A stretch of 64,000 nt of DNA from Candidatus Thorarchaeota archaeon. GTDB taxonomy: Archaea > Asgardarchaeota > Thorarchaeia > Thorarchaeales > Thorarchaeaceae. Both the position numbers and the translations under genes were made by a program. The notes below the pieces were generated by a model. That model worked only from the letters and a program-made list of their open reading frames with translations. It had not been told where the DNA came from and did not search any database. Positions 28,601 to 37,500 of this stretch are shown here, in pieces; the stretch's first letter is position 1; each line of letters starts with the position of its first letter. Location: assembly GCA_011364905.1 (NCBI GenBank), contig RDNZ01000008.1, forward strand, positions 1 to 64,000, given 5' to 3'.

Positions 28601-31546
28601 GAAGAGTCTGTCCTGACCGAGTGAATCGGTCACACTTGAAAGAGTCCAATCTGAAGGTTTCATAAGTGTGAAATTCAGTGTACTCACACCTGGCGGGGGG
28701 CTAACTAAGACATTAGCTGTCCATGATGCATCAGTGTCATTATTCACACTGAACGAAGAACCATATTCAAAGTTTGCATCGAGAGTTGAGTCAGAATGAG
28801 TCACATTGATTTTTAGTCTTGGAAGAATCTCAACAACTGAGTCTGAACTCGTGGCAAAGAGCAGTTTTGCCTTTTCTCCGAACTGCGTTGTCTGCTCAAT
28901 ACCTTTAGTCAGGAATCCTGAAGGATCATATTGGTTTGCATATTCTGTCTGAATCCAACCAGCCGATTTGTAACCATTGATTACTCTAAACTCATCAATG
29001 CCTCCTCGAAACGGAGTGCCTCCTCCTATTGTACCAATGACGAACATATTGCTATCGCTACGCAAAGAACCTCCAGTTCCCAAGGTGTTATCATTAAACG
29101 AGTCCAAAAGCACACCATCTACAAAGCTATAGCCCCGGTACCGCCCATCCCCGCTGCTCTCATATTTAAAGACCACATAGTTCCAAGCTTGTCTCTTGAC
29201 GAGCACACCTTGGAAAGCATCGTAGCCGTTGAAATGAACATCAACTTGGAAATTGGCATATCCAGGGACTCCAACATCGAATGTACGCGCCAGACTCATA
29301 GAAGTACCCTTATCGAATACTCTCCATTCGTTTGACCAGAACTCGGTATCAGTGGAGAAATTAAAGTAGATCCAGAATGAGAATTGCCAATCAGACCAGC
29401 CATCAAAGATGCTCTGACCGTCAACAAAGGAAATGTAGTTGCTCCCTACATTCTCGCTGTATCTGGCACCATCAATCATCCCGTTCGGCATATAGCTCGT
29501 TAAAGTTGGTTCTCCGCCGTGACCATTGATGCTTGAATCCATCAAGTACGCTGCAGTGCCTGACTGTTCAGAGAGATGCCAGATACTTTCGTATCCTTGC
29601 CAAATATTGGCTGAATTCTCTATTCTTTGAGGTTCAGGTGTTCCATATTGCATGCTGATTACGGTGTCCTCAGTTGCAGACAAATAGGGGACTTGAACCC
29701 ACGCAATCAGGTGCGCGTGTGTACCATTGTAATTCGGGTCAAATACTTCGACTTGATAGTCCAATGTTTCTGAGCCTGATACAAATCTAATGTCATCACC
29801 ATCTGATCGAGCATGGCTTTTAAGATCGGCATCAAGAATGTCGACAAGAACAGGGAAGTTTTCAAGGTCCGCGCTGACCTTTGTATGGTCTATTGTCAGT
29901 TCTTTACTGTACTGTTGTACTGATATTGTGTCTTCTTCCTGAGGTATCATAAAGTCAACATAGAGTCTTGCGAGGTTTCCTCCTCCATATGACCAAGTTC
30001 CCTTTATCGTGTTGTAGTCGCGATAGTTATCTGAGAACATGTAGCCAATCATTAAACCAATGTAGTTGCCACTAGACCATCCCGAACGGGAAACCACTGC
30101 TTGGACAAGTGATGAAATGTCCGGTGACGCATATCGATAGTCAGCCGTCCAGTAATTTGGTGCCCAGTCAATGCTGTTCTCAATCCAGGGATACTGAACC
30201 TCCAAAGGATTAGCGCCAGTGGCAAATGGTGCCATATTGTCAGCTGCAGCCACCCATACTTTGAACGTGTTGTCATCCCCATCCGAACTATACTCACCTA
30301 GAGCCTCAATTTCCAATCTCGCAGATGTAATTACAGCTCCTCTTGGGATGTTTAATGGAAACTGCATTCCAGTTTGATACTTAATCACATCAGTCCAAGC
30401 TGTGCCACTTGAACTGTAGACTCCCACCTCTGGAGTTCCTGTAACACTTATTCCGGTATCAGAGCGACTGACACAGTCTCTGTTTGCCCCATCTGGTACA
30501 AAGGGCATGGTACTATCTGACACGGTCCCTGTGATCACAGTCTGATTGGCATGAAGACCAACTTGTTCTGGGAAAGGCCTTACTGTGAATGTGGCCTCTA
30601 TCTCATCTATATACACGAAGTTATTAATATTGGATGGAGGTTGACCCGAAAAGTCTGTACTCAGACCAATTGACAATGGAACAGATCCCGGTACTGGAAT
30701 ACTTGAGAATACCGAGGCCGGTACATCAACAAATCCCTGCAGCCACGTGTCGGTGGTATAGCCTGTATCAAATACGCCAAACCTGGCCTCATAGTTTCCG
30801 ACCCTCACAAACAGATAAAACATGCCATTCAATGTCTGACCACTTGGTACTCTATGATAGAATGATAGTCTGCAGGAGTACACCTCTCTCCATGGCAACT
30901 GGACCTGCTGACTTAGATATATCTCCATGTTGGGATTAAGAGTCTTGGTTGTGTCAAATAGAACACTGGGTCTCCACCCCATAGAGCTCTCTCTCCCGGC
31001 TCCTGCTGATGTGTACCAATAGAGCCCTCCATGCCTAGGATGCGTTGTCGAGTCACCCTTTTTCACAAGTGACCAGCCATCAGGCAGATAGAATGTTTCT
31101 GAGTTCCATGTTGAGCCTGTTATAATGTAACGTTCTGTATGGTAGTCATCAAGAAGTCCATTTGTCAATTGGGAAATTCGCGTAGAAATGTGCTCCATTG
31201 TTCCACTTAGAGCATTTGCAGTCCAGCCTTGAGGTGTGGCGATGGGAACTGATGCTGGCGTTGATGAGTCGAGCATGACAATAGGCTGTGTGGCATTAGA
31301 GAAGACGCCGCTAAAATTGATTGGTTGTGCTGCTCCTGTTGAACTATACTCTTGAGAACCCTCGGAAGGCTCAAACCAGTAAGGCGAGTTTTTGTTAATG
31401 ACCTTTCCACTGGTCAAATCAGACTGATTTGGAGTGAAACCTGCTGGAGAGCAAAACATTAGCAGGATGATACATGGGATTATGGCTCTGGAACACACTA
31501 GCTTCCATATCTTAGCGCGTTTCTTAGGGGAAGTACCTACTATCAT
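19601..31546 (-). CDS. Giant single-pass cell-surface protein (3981 aa): signal peptide, beta-rich head, 1 DUF2341+LamG module, Ig-like stalk, TM helix, cytoplasmic tail with 4 helical repeats
   Basis: N-terminal hydrophobic segment; IDHTKV..DL.NFPVL and W+L.E / G.IDEFRV motifs; ~110-aa beta repeats; TM at ~20830-20895; acidic helical tail. Confidence 0.88.
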   Translation of the reverse strand: MIVGTSPKKRAKIWKLVCSRAIIPCIILLMFCSPAGFTPNQSDLTSGKVINKNSPYWFEPSEGSQEYSSTGAAQPINFSGVFSNATQPIVMLDSSTPASVPIATPQGWTANALSGTMEHISTRISQLTNGLLDDYHTERYIITGSTWNSETFYLPDGWSLVKKGDSTTHPRHGGLYWYTSAGAGRESSMGWRPSVLFDTTKTLNPNMEIYLSQQVQLPWREVYSCRLSFYHRVPSGQTLNGMFYLFVRVGNYEARFGVFDTGYTTDTWLQGFVDVPASVFSSIPVPGSVPLSIGLSTDFSGQPPSNINNFVYIDEIEATFTVRPFPEQVGLHANQTVITGTVSDSTMPFVPDGANRDCVSRSDTGISVTGTPEVGVYSSSGTAWTDVIKYQTGMQFPLNIPRGAVITSARLEIEALGEYSSDGDDNTFKVWVAAADNMAPFATGANPLEVQYPWIENSIDWAPNYWTADYRYASPDISSLVQAVVSRSGWSSGNYIGLMIGYMFSDNYRDYNTIKGTWSYGGGNLARLYVDFMIPQEEDTISVQQYSKELTIDHTKVSADLENFPVLVDILDADLKSHARSDGDDIRFVSGSETLDYQVEVFDPNYNGTHAHLIAWVQVPYLSATEDTVISMQYGTPEPQRIENSANIWQGYESIWHLSEQSGTAAYLMDSSINGHGGEPTLTSYMPNGMIDGARYSENVGSNYISFVDGQSIFDGWSDWQFSFWIYFNFSTDTEFWSNEWRVFDKGTSMSLARTFDVGVPGYANFQVDVHFNGYDAFQGVLVKRQAWNYVVFKYESSGDGRYRGYSFVDGVLLDSFNDNTLGTGGSLRSDSNMFVIGTIGGGTPFRGGIDEFRVINGYKSAGWIQTEYANQYDPSGFLTKGIEQTTQFGEKAKLLFATSSDSVVEILPRLKINVTHSDSTLDANFEYGSSFSVNNDTDASWTANVLVSPPPGVSTLNFTLMKPSDWTLSSVTDSLGQDRLFYVTATSLQVMVPSSVLDVYGVWTFMFSSSNEITNLECGANAGAYGNSVALQIGDSAKFRGTATMIPGSAMRLSLIDSSGQLFYSTDDLTQDGSGQFEWTGISVTSAWPNGLWEVHVDFNNTADSSPERVGRYSRLFTVKHASSLSLLSPTDAVGDGVAVRTAGDLLKVEVQLTNTETSQDVAGSKVAMNWSISGAETQIQLEDYGNGIYGKTLNTSDLNQPGNWRINIVSSHQYLIDATTFFDLELSRNTILSFKTPPSTPYGDDFSVKVELEDAITRAGYDGASFTSNGTINGVTDYNNGTYLVSLVSTGSSFGTHCYTINAVPAQSFVIGSSVDVVFRYREIKTDLVQIEVNPVSVPWGRNASITLNWLDTDHSDAGIIGGTLLGDGVFQYADLLDGRYSVQIEVDSYDVGVYLFNFTIDGTNYQPAQITVAVTVRPHRTTVVASYDGTISMGSNATVTLQLLDRDAGNAAISGNLSSVLAEWAGGSASFGSLQVLIDSQDWTLGTYVIDITILATTSPRYFYDGTTSILLRIQKLAVVLSWDDIDVFPIGDDFEITTHVTVNDSSSIYDDTPVNGLLQSHFIIRDKNGTVYTIKTFSAQPSGTYVLTLDHLYFAGGAYGIRVFLVFGISENYSNTQTPIISFQFTQAQSDLTSPDYPLLTISYSTNAIVTLEFVDLDRGIGIDTATVYVTGADILGQQLISSGRYRVTLNTSSWGIGTYSVTFEASALTYENKTISIDIQIRQIRTYATATISALEIPVGDSRTFYVDYTDMDHNLPIFTLNHNCSWTPAHFDIVWVANRYSITIHTYDSDALTSYLLVFDFAAGPEYEAATFNVTVVVRTITTELRLLSPVEDTTSDGTINVSVYYGDRDHLQGIASSDVLCTVWNTTHQLVVNWGNDSIRGDGYYTISIAASQFGGIGIQQLRVYFNWTGSIQKYENRYLSIVVEILGADTELTLIEAALPSPCLDYMVYTFLYSSPSTGGITNDTSNVFINVEFVGASVDLSIVDIWEIDSVNRKGEYSIGFNNSIVGGTGIFSMRVFINWSAGVVPFYTNRTDLISVRVLPRTASLSVIPPTNVPFGENATFSFTYEDTTGGLSSPIDYNPAVMTISLNVPDFTLTYSSLEGLYEVSFNTSQLGAPLGARTLVLNLAWSGLPFYSNVTGRNIGITIVERQTILTYPTPPATPYGNNVSFTVSYTDIAGSTSKAVLNTTIEVYVGVDLIPSNYIQVTDLGSGEYRVDLNTSYFSQPGLYSLRVEASSEQFYYQSRSGTKSLTVSPRSTLLTAEPVASVPYENSFSIVLHYQDLDTFLPIGNDTGIIVALEILNGTDWLFTCSWRPSHQNYLLTVETYNQPLELGRTYHLWLNFSSEFAAPFYDWNDILVPFEMKERDTSLDLISSPSQTLYQDYANFTILYKDASTSLGISGGTIYLHYGVVLLEPSIDYIINENSPGQYLISIDTSVLGIPGVKTIQVTANWSAGSPYYNEALRAINIPVTERPSNVEIVFPPGQTWYLDNVTLDFTFVDISTGARVLVSLNDITIFSGGILLASGEYVVQPIGSIFRLQINSTVIAANLVSSWNITIQVGWTGGAPYYKDDAVSIFVNTVGRVGTVELSQIEETPIGDLMSINLIYTDLRKRNGIEGATIVLDCVEVPGLAEGLDYWVQMGTGIDSGKYEILISTSSLGSIGVFTFSIEVQWSALVSPFYVNISSPEVHGVVRAIQTSVSSGLPSPSVVAFYEDVSFVIQFNDTDHAVPINGAEGQIIVRYEPSGLEPSSWTVQALGGGQYNIILSMMDSISAGLKTVNVTIAMSQYQTAQTAVVFGLRNRVAGLSADVAPANYAGYATSVMIYLVDSDDNDSPLAGATLDLTWSDSNSYDDLGNGSYNLTLQTVNLNYGSQILTVGANLLHYSINTLKVDINLLAVPSNLIIAWSGPRSTNEVYWGEPLTIFASLNDTLRNQTVSLATITFDWDGGVGPFIPSGVPGNYTAILDTSSGTVSDTIIVVIKGSAPNYIDATEQLVFRLLPRPMEVIPEGNNYVFTVSQGDAEEVIVYIGDSLDDSLVTEAYVSAWWDYEGNLTLTEIPSRPGYYRFLISTGSAGFGSYQIHVNAGKQNYADASTTLIMAISKIQMVVWFDNITAAYESNPINWSDVVRIGVYVLAPALNASYPFSTGLDGLFVTWNSPELAKNGTLTNGASIGGPGYYYYDFNTSIDITGLHTFIISANAPSDDYERADNSTSIFVKNLEAIIIQPGTGEFDWGWAGLVNVTYYDSYHAQGMEADTFTFSWAGGVGSASYLGEGVYGIPIDTATLRPGTYTIAMEFRKANYDNVETTIRIHIAPVPTDISILLPELYQIGDSWAHLQVPYGDILTITLLYNDTYAAMGIPDGIFNGSFYSGRGVYEEPLTLSDQGFGNYTFVFNTLDWDLDLTISFHIQLALENRTTAVFDFDIQIIEIQTNLEVMGPEVISLHWGMNTTFSIYYSDAWPGHPSEGITEAMITIDNKGPLFAKVEYLGPDESRQGYYLFRVTATDRTGVADVTIHFNKTYYVADDVALSISVSPSSEQLTQRFVMTVGGAFIIFMILFGVLWVRILRVPKIIRIISGQVRRLRRNKVPKPAKGMRSRQAIVAELFNELNEPIGIKRKASQLPAESIIIEVPEIDELIIDLAILTGMTQQELDDFKFEIAKMKMSQQTSFVREVIGQEAIRVAGVQNKSVEQVMDEVVEERRKRIGGAATVAKPDLYEDLEEDTEVSEEEETGLDFEHRLREIELAEMAEQLEKRGIPSHEIESFVTQARDLPKDVVQMLLEGFTPRKKPEIEEGEVEHLSEKELEDLRSELIKRKASEREIDSIMEQARELPRELALEFFKKPETKTKKKPRKKVDTLSDKEREDLRAELVRKKVPKQEIDAIIEEAKTAPREKIQAFLESIEDTELEVPIKEVEFEDRLSDLEIENLREQLEQRGLPQEEIASILKQAKNLPSALIDELLKSIDADLDAKK
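19610..20310 (-). repeat. Four ~45-aa cytoplasmic helical repeats (L.e.E.e.Lr..Le.rg.p..EI.si..qAr.LP...)
   Basis: RLREIELAEMAEQLEKRGIP..., HLSEKELEDLRSELIKRKAS..., TLSDKEREDLRAELVRKKVP..., RLSDLEIENLREQLEQRGLP... Confidence 0.85.
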
Positions 31547-34500
31547 TCCTCTTCACCTCCTTTCCCGAGAATGCTTCTCAGGAGCTCCTCAGCTAGACTT
31601 CTTGGAAGTTCACGTGCTTGGTCCATGATTGTTTCAAGTTCGCTGCCCTTGATTCCAACACTCTCCAGTTTCTTGCGAATCTGTTTCAACTCATCTTCAT
31701 CCAACATCTCTGCTGATTCGACTTCTTCAAATTCCACTGGTTCTGGAATAGCTTCTTCAGGCTCTTCCACTTCTGGTGGAATGATCCTTTCTTCAAGTGG
31801 CTTGGATTCCACCACTACTTCAATCTCTTCTCCAGCCAGAACAGCACGCGCCTTAGCGGCGGTTTCCTCCAAAATTACCTCCATCGGTTTTCGTTCTAAT
31901 CGTGCCTGTTTGATGGCCTCTTGGTTGATTACCTCTTTGACAAAACTCACCTGTTCACTCAACTTCATCTTTGAAACATCAAGCTTGAAGTCTTCAAGTT
32001 CTTCAGGTGATAGCTTCGACAGGATTGATAGTTGAATGAGCAGTTCCTCAATTTCAGGAACATCACTGGCGATAGGTTCACTTGGCATACTGGATGCTAT
32101 CTTTGTGATACCAATAGGTTCTGCAATATCATTGAATAAGTTTGCAACAATCTCTTGCCTACTTAGAACGCCATCTGGAGGCTTGGGTATTTTTCCCTTA
32201 GCAATAGTTCTTACCATTTTCCTGATAGCCCGTAGCTGCTTTGGCACACTAAATAGCCTGGTCCATAGTACTGCTCCAAGCAATAATATTGCACCAATTG
32301 GAACACCGAAGAGTATTGCTTGTTCAACAAGCAAATCAAACTCAGAGGGTTCGACTGAAACTGTTACCAACGCACTGATTGAAACATAATTGTCCTTGGA
32401 TAGAATGATTGAAACTAGAGCTGTTCCTTCTGCTCTATTAGATCGCACTCTTATTTCATACCAGCCTGGTCTTGATGGATCGGACTGGTTTAGTGAAACG
32501 TCCACGAAGCGCGTATCTAGACTTGTAGCATTTATTGACGCTCCTACTATGCTCGCATTCATATGACCTTCCCAAGTGTCATAGTAAAGTACCCAGATAC
32601 TGAAGACTTGGCCATAGTTCATGGTTACGGAACTTGGATCAATATATAGCGCTGTTGGGACATCAATTATCGTGAGATGAATATCCAGTGTTGCCCTACT
32701 CCAGTTGGTAAGGTGGAAGTTTAGAATCAATCTATATGGATCTGAACTAACCGTCCATCGTGTGGTGTCAATCAGCAGACTATAGTTGCCATTTGTGATT
32801 TCTTCGATAAGGAGATTGTCTCCATCAGGAACCGAAGAACCAAGAATCACACATTTCGTTTCGGTAGCACCCATAATCCCCCGATTATACCATGTGTCAT
32901 TATAGAAAAGGGTGAGTGAGATTGTGTCTCCATAAGGTATCTGAAGATTTAGAACATCATGGTCAATCTGATTTATCGTGGGTGCGAATGCAGCTATATC
33001 TGTTGGGACTTCTTTTACATTAAGTGTGAAAACGCCTGTTCCACTCTTGTAATTGTCCATCAGAAACCTCACAGAAACAGGATAAATTCCGGGACTAACT
33101 AGGGAGGCATTTATGAATACTTGATATGTTCCATTTGCTACATACGTGGATGTACTCTCACCACCATCCCATTCCACCAGTACTGTGGCTCCAGCTATTC
33201 CTCTATCAAACAAGAGGTCCCAGTATGTGATATCAACCCAACCAGTCCACCCCCAGATTTTTGGACTCAAGTATGTTGATTCGACTGATGTTTCAATGGG
33301 TTTTATTATCAAGGTTGTAAGATTGCTAGAATACGCAAACATGCCGATATTGGGATAAGCTGTGATTCTAAGTGTGTAAGTAGAAACATCATAGTTCCAG
33401 GTTTCGAAATCGAAGTAGAAATATCCTGGTCCTTCCATTGACGTCCCATTGAGGAACTCTCCTGTAAAAGTGGTTCCCGAGAGTGACCATAGCACCGTGC
33501 AATTTGCCAAACCTGTTGAAAATGGATCAGACTCGTTCAATGAAGGTGCAAGAACATATACTCCAATTCGAATTGTATCTGACCAGTTGAAGCTTTGACC
33601 ACTGTAACTAGAGGTTAGCGCATCAAGTTGTAGAACTGTGGCTATCTGTTTGACCTTAATGCTTGCAGGGGCTACTGAACGAAGATAGTTAGTTCCACTT
33701 GCTTCTATCGTAATGGAATACTGTCCAACAAGGAAGTCGTTTGTGTCAATGAAACAGGTATAGTACCCATCTTTTGCAGGGATTGGAGATAAGCTAATGC
33801 TCTGCGGTCCTTGTAAAACCCATCTGACTGTGACAGTTGCTCCTAGTAGAGGTATGTTTCGATATGTGTTATTGACATAGACTGTCACATTTACAGGAGT
33901 GCCTTTAAACACCTCTTGTTGTGCGCTACTGATAATACTCACAGTGGTTGGCAGTTTTAGGACATTCACTATGACTTGCGAGGTATTAGTGACGTAGTTG
34001 TTGAATGTAGCTGTGATTGATATGACATAGGTCGATGCTAGCACTAGATTGCCCGTATCTACTGTGACTGTGTAATTCCCTTGGTCAGATACGATTTCAG
34101 TAAGACTACCACTCAATGTACCAAACTGGTAAGTGAGTGTTGCTCCAGATATTACAGTGCCAGCTTTAGTGTCATTGAAGATTGCCCAGAATGATATGTC
34201 ATCGCCCCAGTAGACATCTGGGATTGTCTGAGGCAGAATGAGTCCAGTTGGTATGCGTTGGATTTCAACTGGTACAGAAATATCTGAGATGAAGTAGTCA
34301 CTTCTTAATGCACCAACCATGAGTGTATAGAGACCCGCATCAAGACTAGATGTAGTGAGTGTAATGTTGTACTGGCCATTCCCAAGATTGGTATAGTATG
34401 GAGTATATCCGATGTCTGGCCAAGTGATTGATAGTGTGGCGTCACTAATGGGTGTGTTATTTGCATCTGTGTCAACAAGTTCTACGATAACAAAGGTGGT

Positions 34501-37500
34501 TTCGCTGTAGTATGGCTTCTGTGAAACCAGTTCATTCAGCTCTCCCTGCCGGAGTCTGATCTGAAATGGCACCTGCACTTGGACTGTCTGATAATCTGGT
34601 AACGCCAAGGTTATAATGAGTGCGTTGGTTACTGTTGTACCTGCATCATAACAATCCACGGTCAAATTGTATATTCCTGGTGATATCGGAGTTATGCTCC
34701 ATATGTAAGGCCCAGAAGCATTCGTCTTATATTCCACCGAGAATAGGCTCTCGGCTCCACTAATAGGAACGAAATGGTCCAAATCTTGGAGATTCAAAAT
34801 CACAGAAACATTGTCGTTTATCGGAACAGTGGATGGAACAGGTTCTTCATTTGTGAGCTGCAACTGTATTAGTCTGACAGACCCTTGGAGGAATATTGTT
34901 GTGGTGTTTCTGTAGTAAGGCGCAACTGTAGGATTCCAAAGCAAACGTAGAGAGAAGGTGAATGTGCCTATACTGCCAAGACTTGTGGTGTCAACAAAAA
35001 TTGAATAATCGCCAGAATTCCGATAAATCCAGAAATCTGTTCCTTCTGCAAGGCCACTTGGACTTAGACAGTCGAAAACTACAATTGCATCATTGATTCC
35101 TGCACCATTTGAATCATCAACATAAGTGAAGTTGAGTGTCATATTATCATATATTGGGACAGTTGGTGTTGCTCCACGGATAACGATTCCGATTCTGTTT
35201 GCCACTGTTACCCATGAGGATGCACGTCCATCTGCATAATATGGTGCAACAGTGTTATGCCAATCTATGTAGAAGGTTATGTTCTGATTGTCAATTAATC
35301 CTGCAGCTAATACTGATGAGTTGATAGAGATCTCATAGCCAGATCCGAGATATACCATAGCGAAATCATTGCTTGATAGCAAGGTTCCCTCATTGTATAT
35401 TAACAACTGATCCTTGCTAAACTGGATTGCTTTACCTGATGTTTCATCACTATATCTAATGGTAAAAGTGACATTCTCTAAGAACTTGACTTGTGTTGTT
35501 GATGATACTATCTCAGTGATTGAGTTTCTCTCTGTTACAGTAAGTGTGAGGCTCAGAGTCGAAGTTGAATAATATGGTTCGTTATCAATCCACGATGCTC
35601 CTAGTTCAAGATTAACTGATGATCCAGCTGGTCCCAGTACTGTAGTGTTGATTGAAATGTAATAGCTACCATCAAATGGACTAAGAAGTGAATAGTCTAT
35701 ACCTTCTACCAGGTTCGTTCCGCCAACTGCAAGAGTAATTGTGGCTCCAGCGATTCCGGCAGAGGACGATGAGTCTTGATAATACACAGCGAAGTCTACA
35801 CTGTCCAAGTACTGAGTAGGTTCCGGAGATTCTGTGACCTCCAAGATGGTTGCTCGCTCCTGAAGAGTAAATGAAACAAAAGCTTCGGCCGAAAGATAGA
35901 ATGGCGATGAATCCGGATAGCTAACCTGTATCCAAAGAACATACTCCTTGTTTATCTCAAGATTTTGATTATGAGTATCAATTGTGAGAAGATAGTCCTC
36001 TGGAGCCCCTCTCCAAACTGAAACAAAGAACCATGAACTTCCATTTAGAATCCAAACTGTTGTCGGTGTTGAACTGTTGCCAATTTCAGATAGAGTCAAC
36101 ACATCACTGTAATGAAACACTACCTGAAGGGAGTTGTTATATGCTGTTTCCTCAACGGGCTCTATGAGAAGGACTGTTAGTCTATATCGCAGACTAAGTG
36201 TTCGTGATGCAGTAACTATGTCATAGTAGAAATGACTTGTACTCATCGCTACTGTGATTGTGTAAGTGCCTGGCTTCGTAAAGTAGGTCGTCTTGAGTTC
36301 AACGTCATACTCTCCATTGCCAAGTGGCATGAATGAGTATTCAGTCACAGGAATTGCTCCCGACCCATTGTACAAAGTAATGAAACCATCATCAATGGTT
36401 TGTGACTGCCCCGGCGTGATGTCATTGAATGTTAAATGTAGGGTTACATTATCGCCATACGCCGTGGGACTAATTGTTGAATAATCGAACTCTGTTTCAC
36501 GGTATCTGACGCTAATGATGACATTTCTCCCTGTCAAATTAGCATAGAATGGCGCTCCAATCCAACTGACTCCTATTGTGAACTGACGCGTTCCGAGGGG
36601 GGCTCCCAGAATGCTAGTGTTGAATGAAACATGAAACTGTCTTGCAGATGTGTTGTAGGTGAGAGAGTAATCTGCCAGTCCAATAGTGACTCTCATCTGA
36701 GAACTGTTAGCAATACTATATGAGCCGCTTCCTGCAATATCATCAAATGAGAATGAAAATGTAGCATTGACTCCATAAGGAGTGCTTTCAGGTGGGACCA
36801 AATTAATCAAAGTGCTCCTCGGTATGACTCGAACTGACACCGTATCTGTCCAGTTACCATAGAATGGCTCCTGAGTTTCGGTCCAGTTCACATGTACAAC
36901 CATTGTATACACTCCTGGTTCAGCAAAAATTGTGCTGTTGAACTCAATTGTATAGTGTCCTAGATTTCCGGAATCTTCTTTGATTGAAAACAAGGAAGGA
37001 CTGAAAGACTGGCTAACAAACTCTACATAGATGAATACATTTCCTGCTGGCGCTGATACATTGGAAATGCCATTGCCACTGTATAGCTCACTATAGAAAT
37101 AGGTGTAACTCAGATTCTCTAGATATGGCGTTGGCTCAGCTGATACAATCAGTTCAAGATCAGATGCCTCGCCTACGATTCTAACAGAAGAAACTACGGA
37201 ATTATCATAGAACTTCGGAACAGGCCCTGTCCAATTGAAATATACAGTGATATCATAAATTCCAGAGGTACCTAAGTTCGTGGCTGCAAAGCTGATTATG
37301 TAATACCCATTTCCCAAAGTTGTGTCATTCTTGAAGGTAGATGAAATCCATCCCGAATCCCCATATACAGACAAGTTGACAGGAGCGTCAATTATTCCTA
37401 AATCGTTGTCCAAGTCACCACAATAGACGGAAATATTGACCATTGCATTGTAGCTTGTTGGTTCGGTAGCACTTGCGAGTCTGAACTCGGTTAGGTGTGT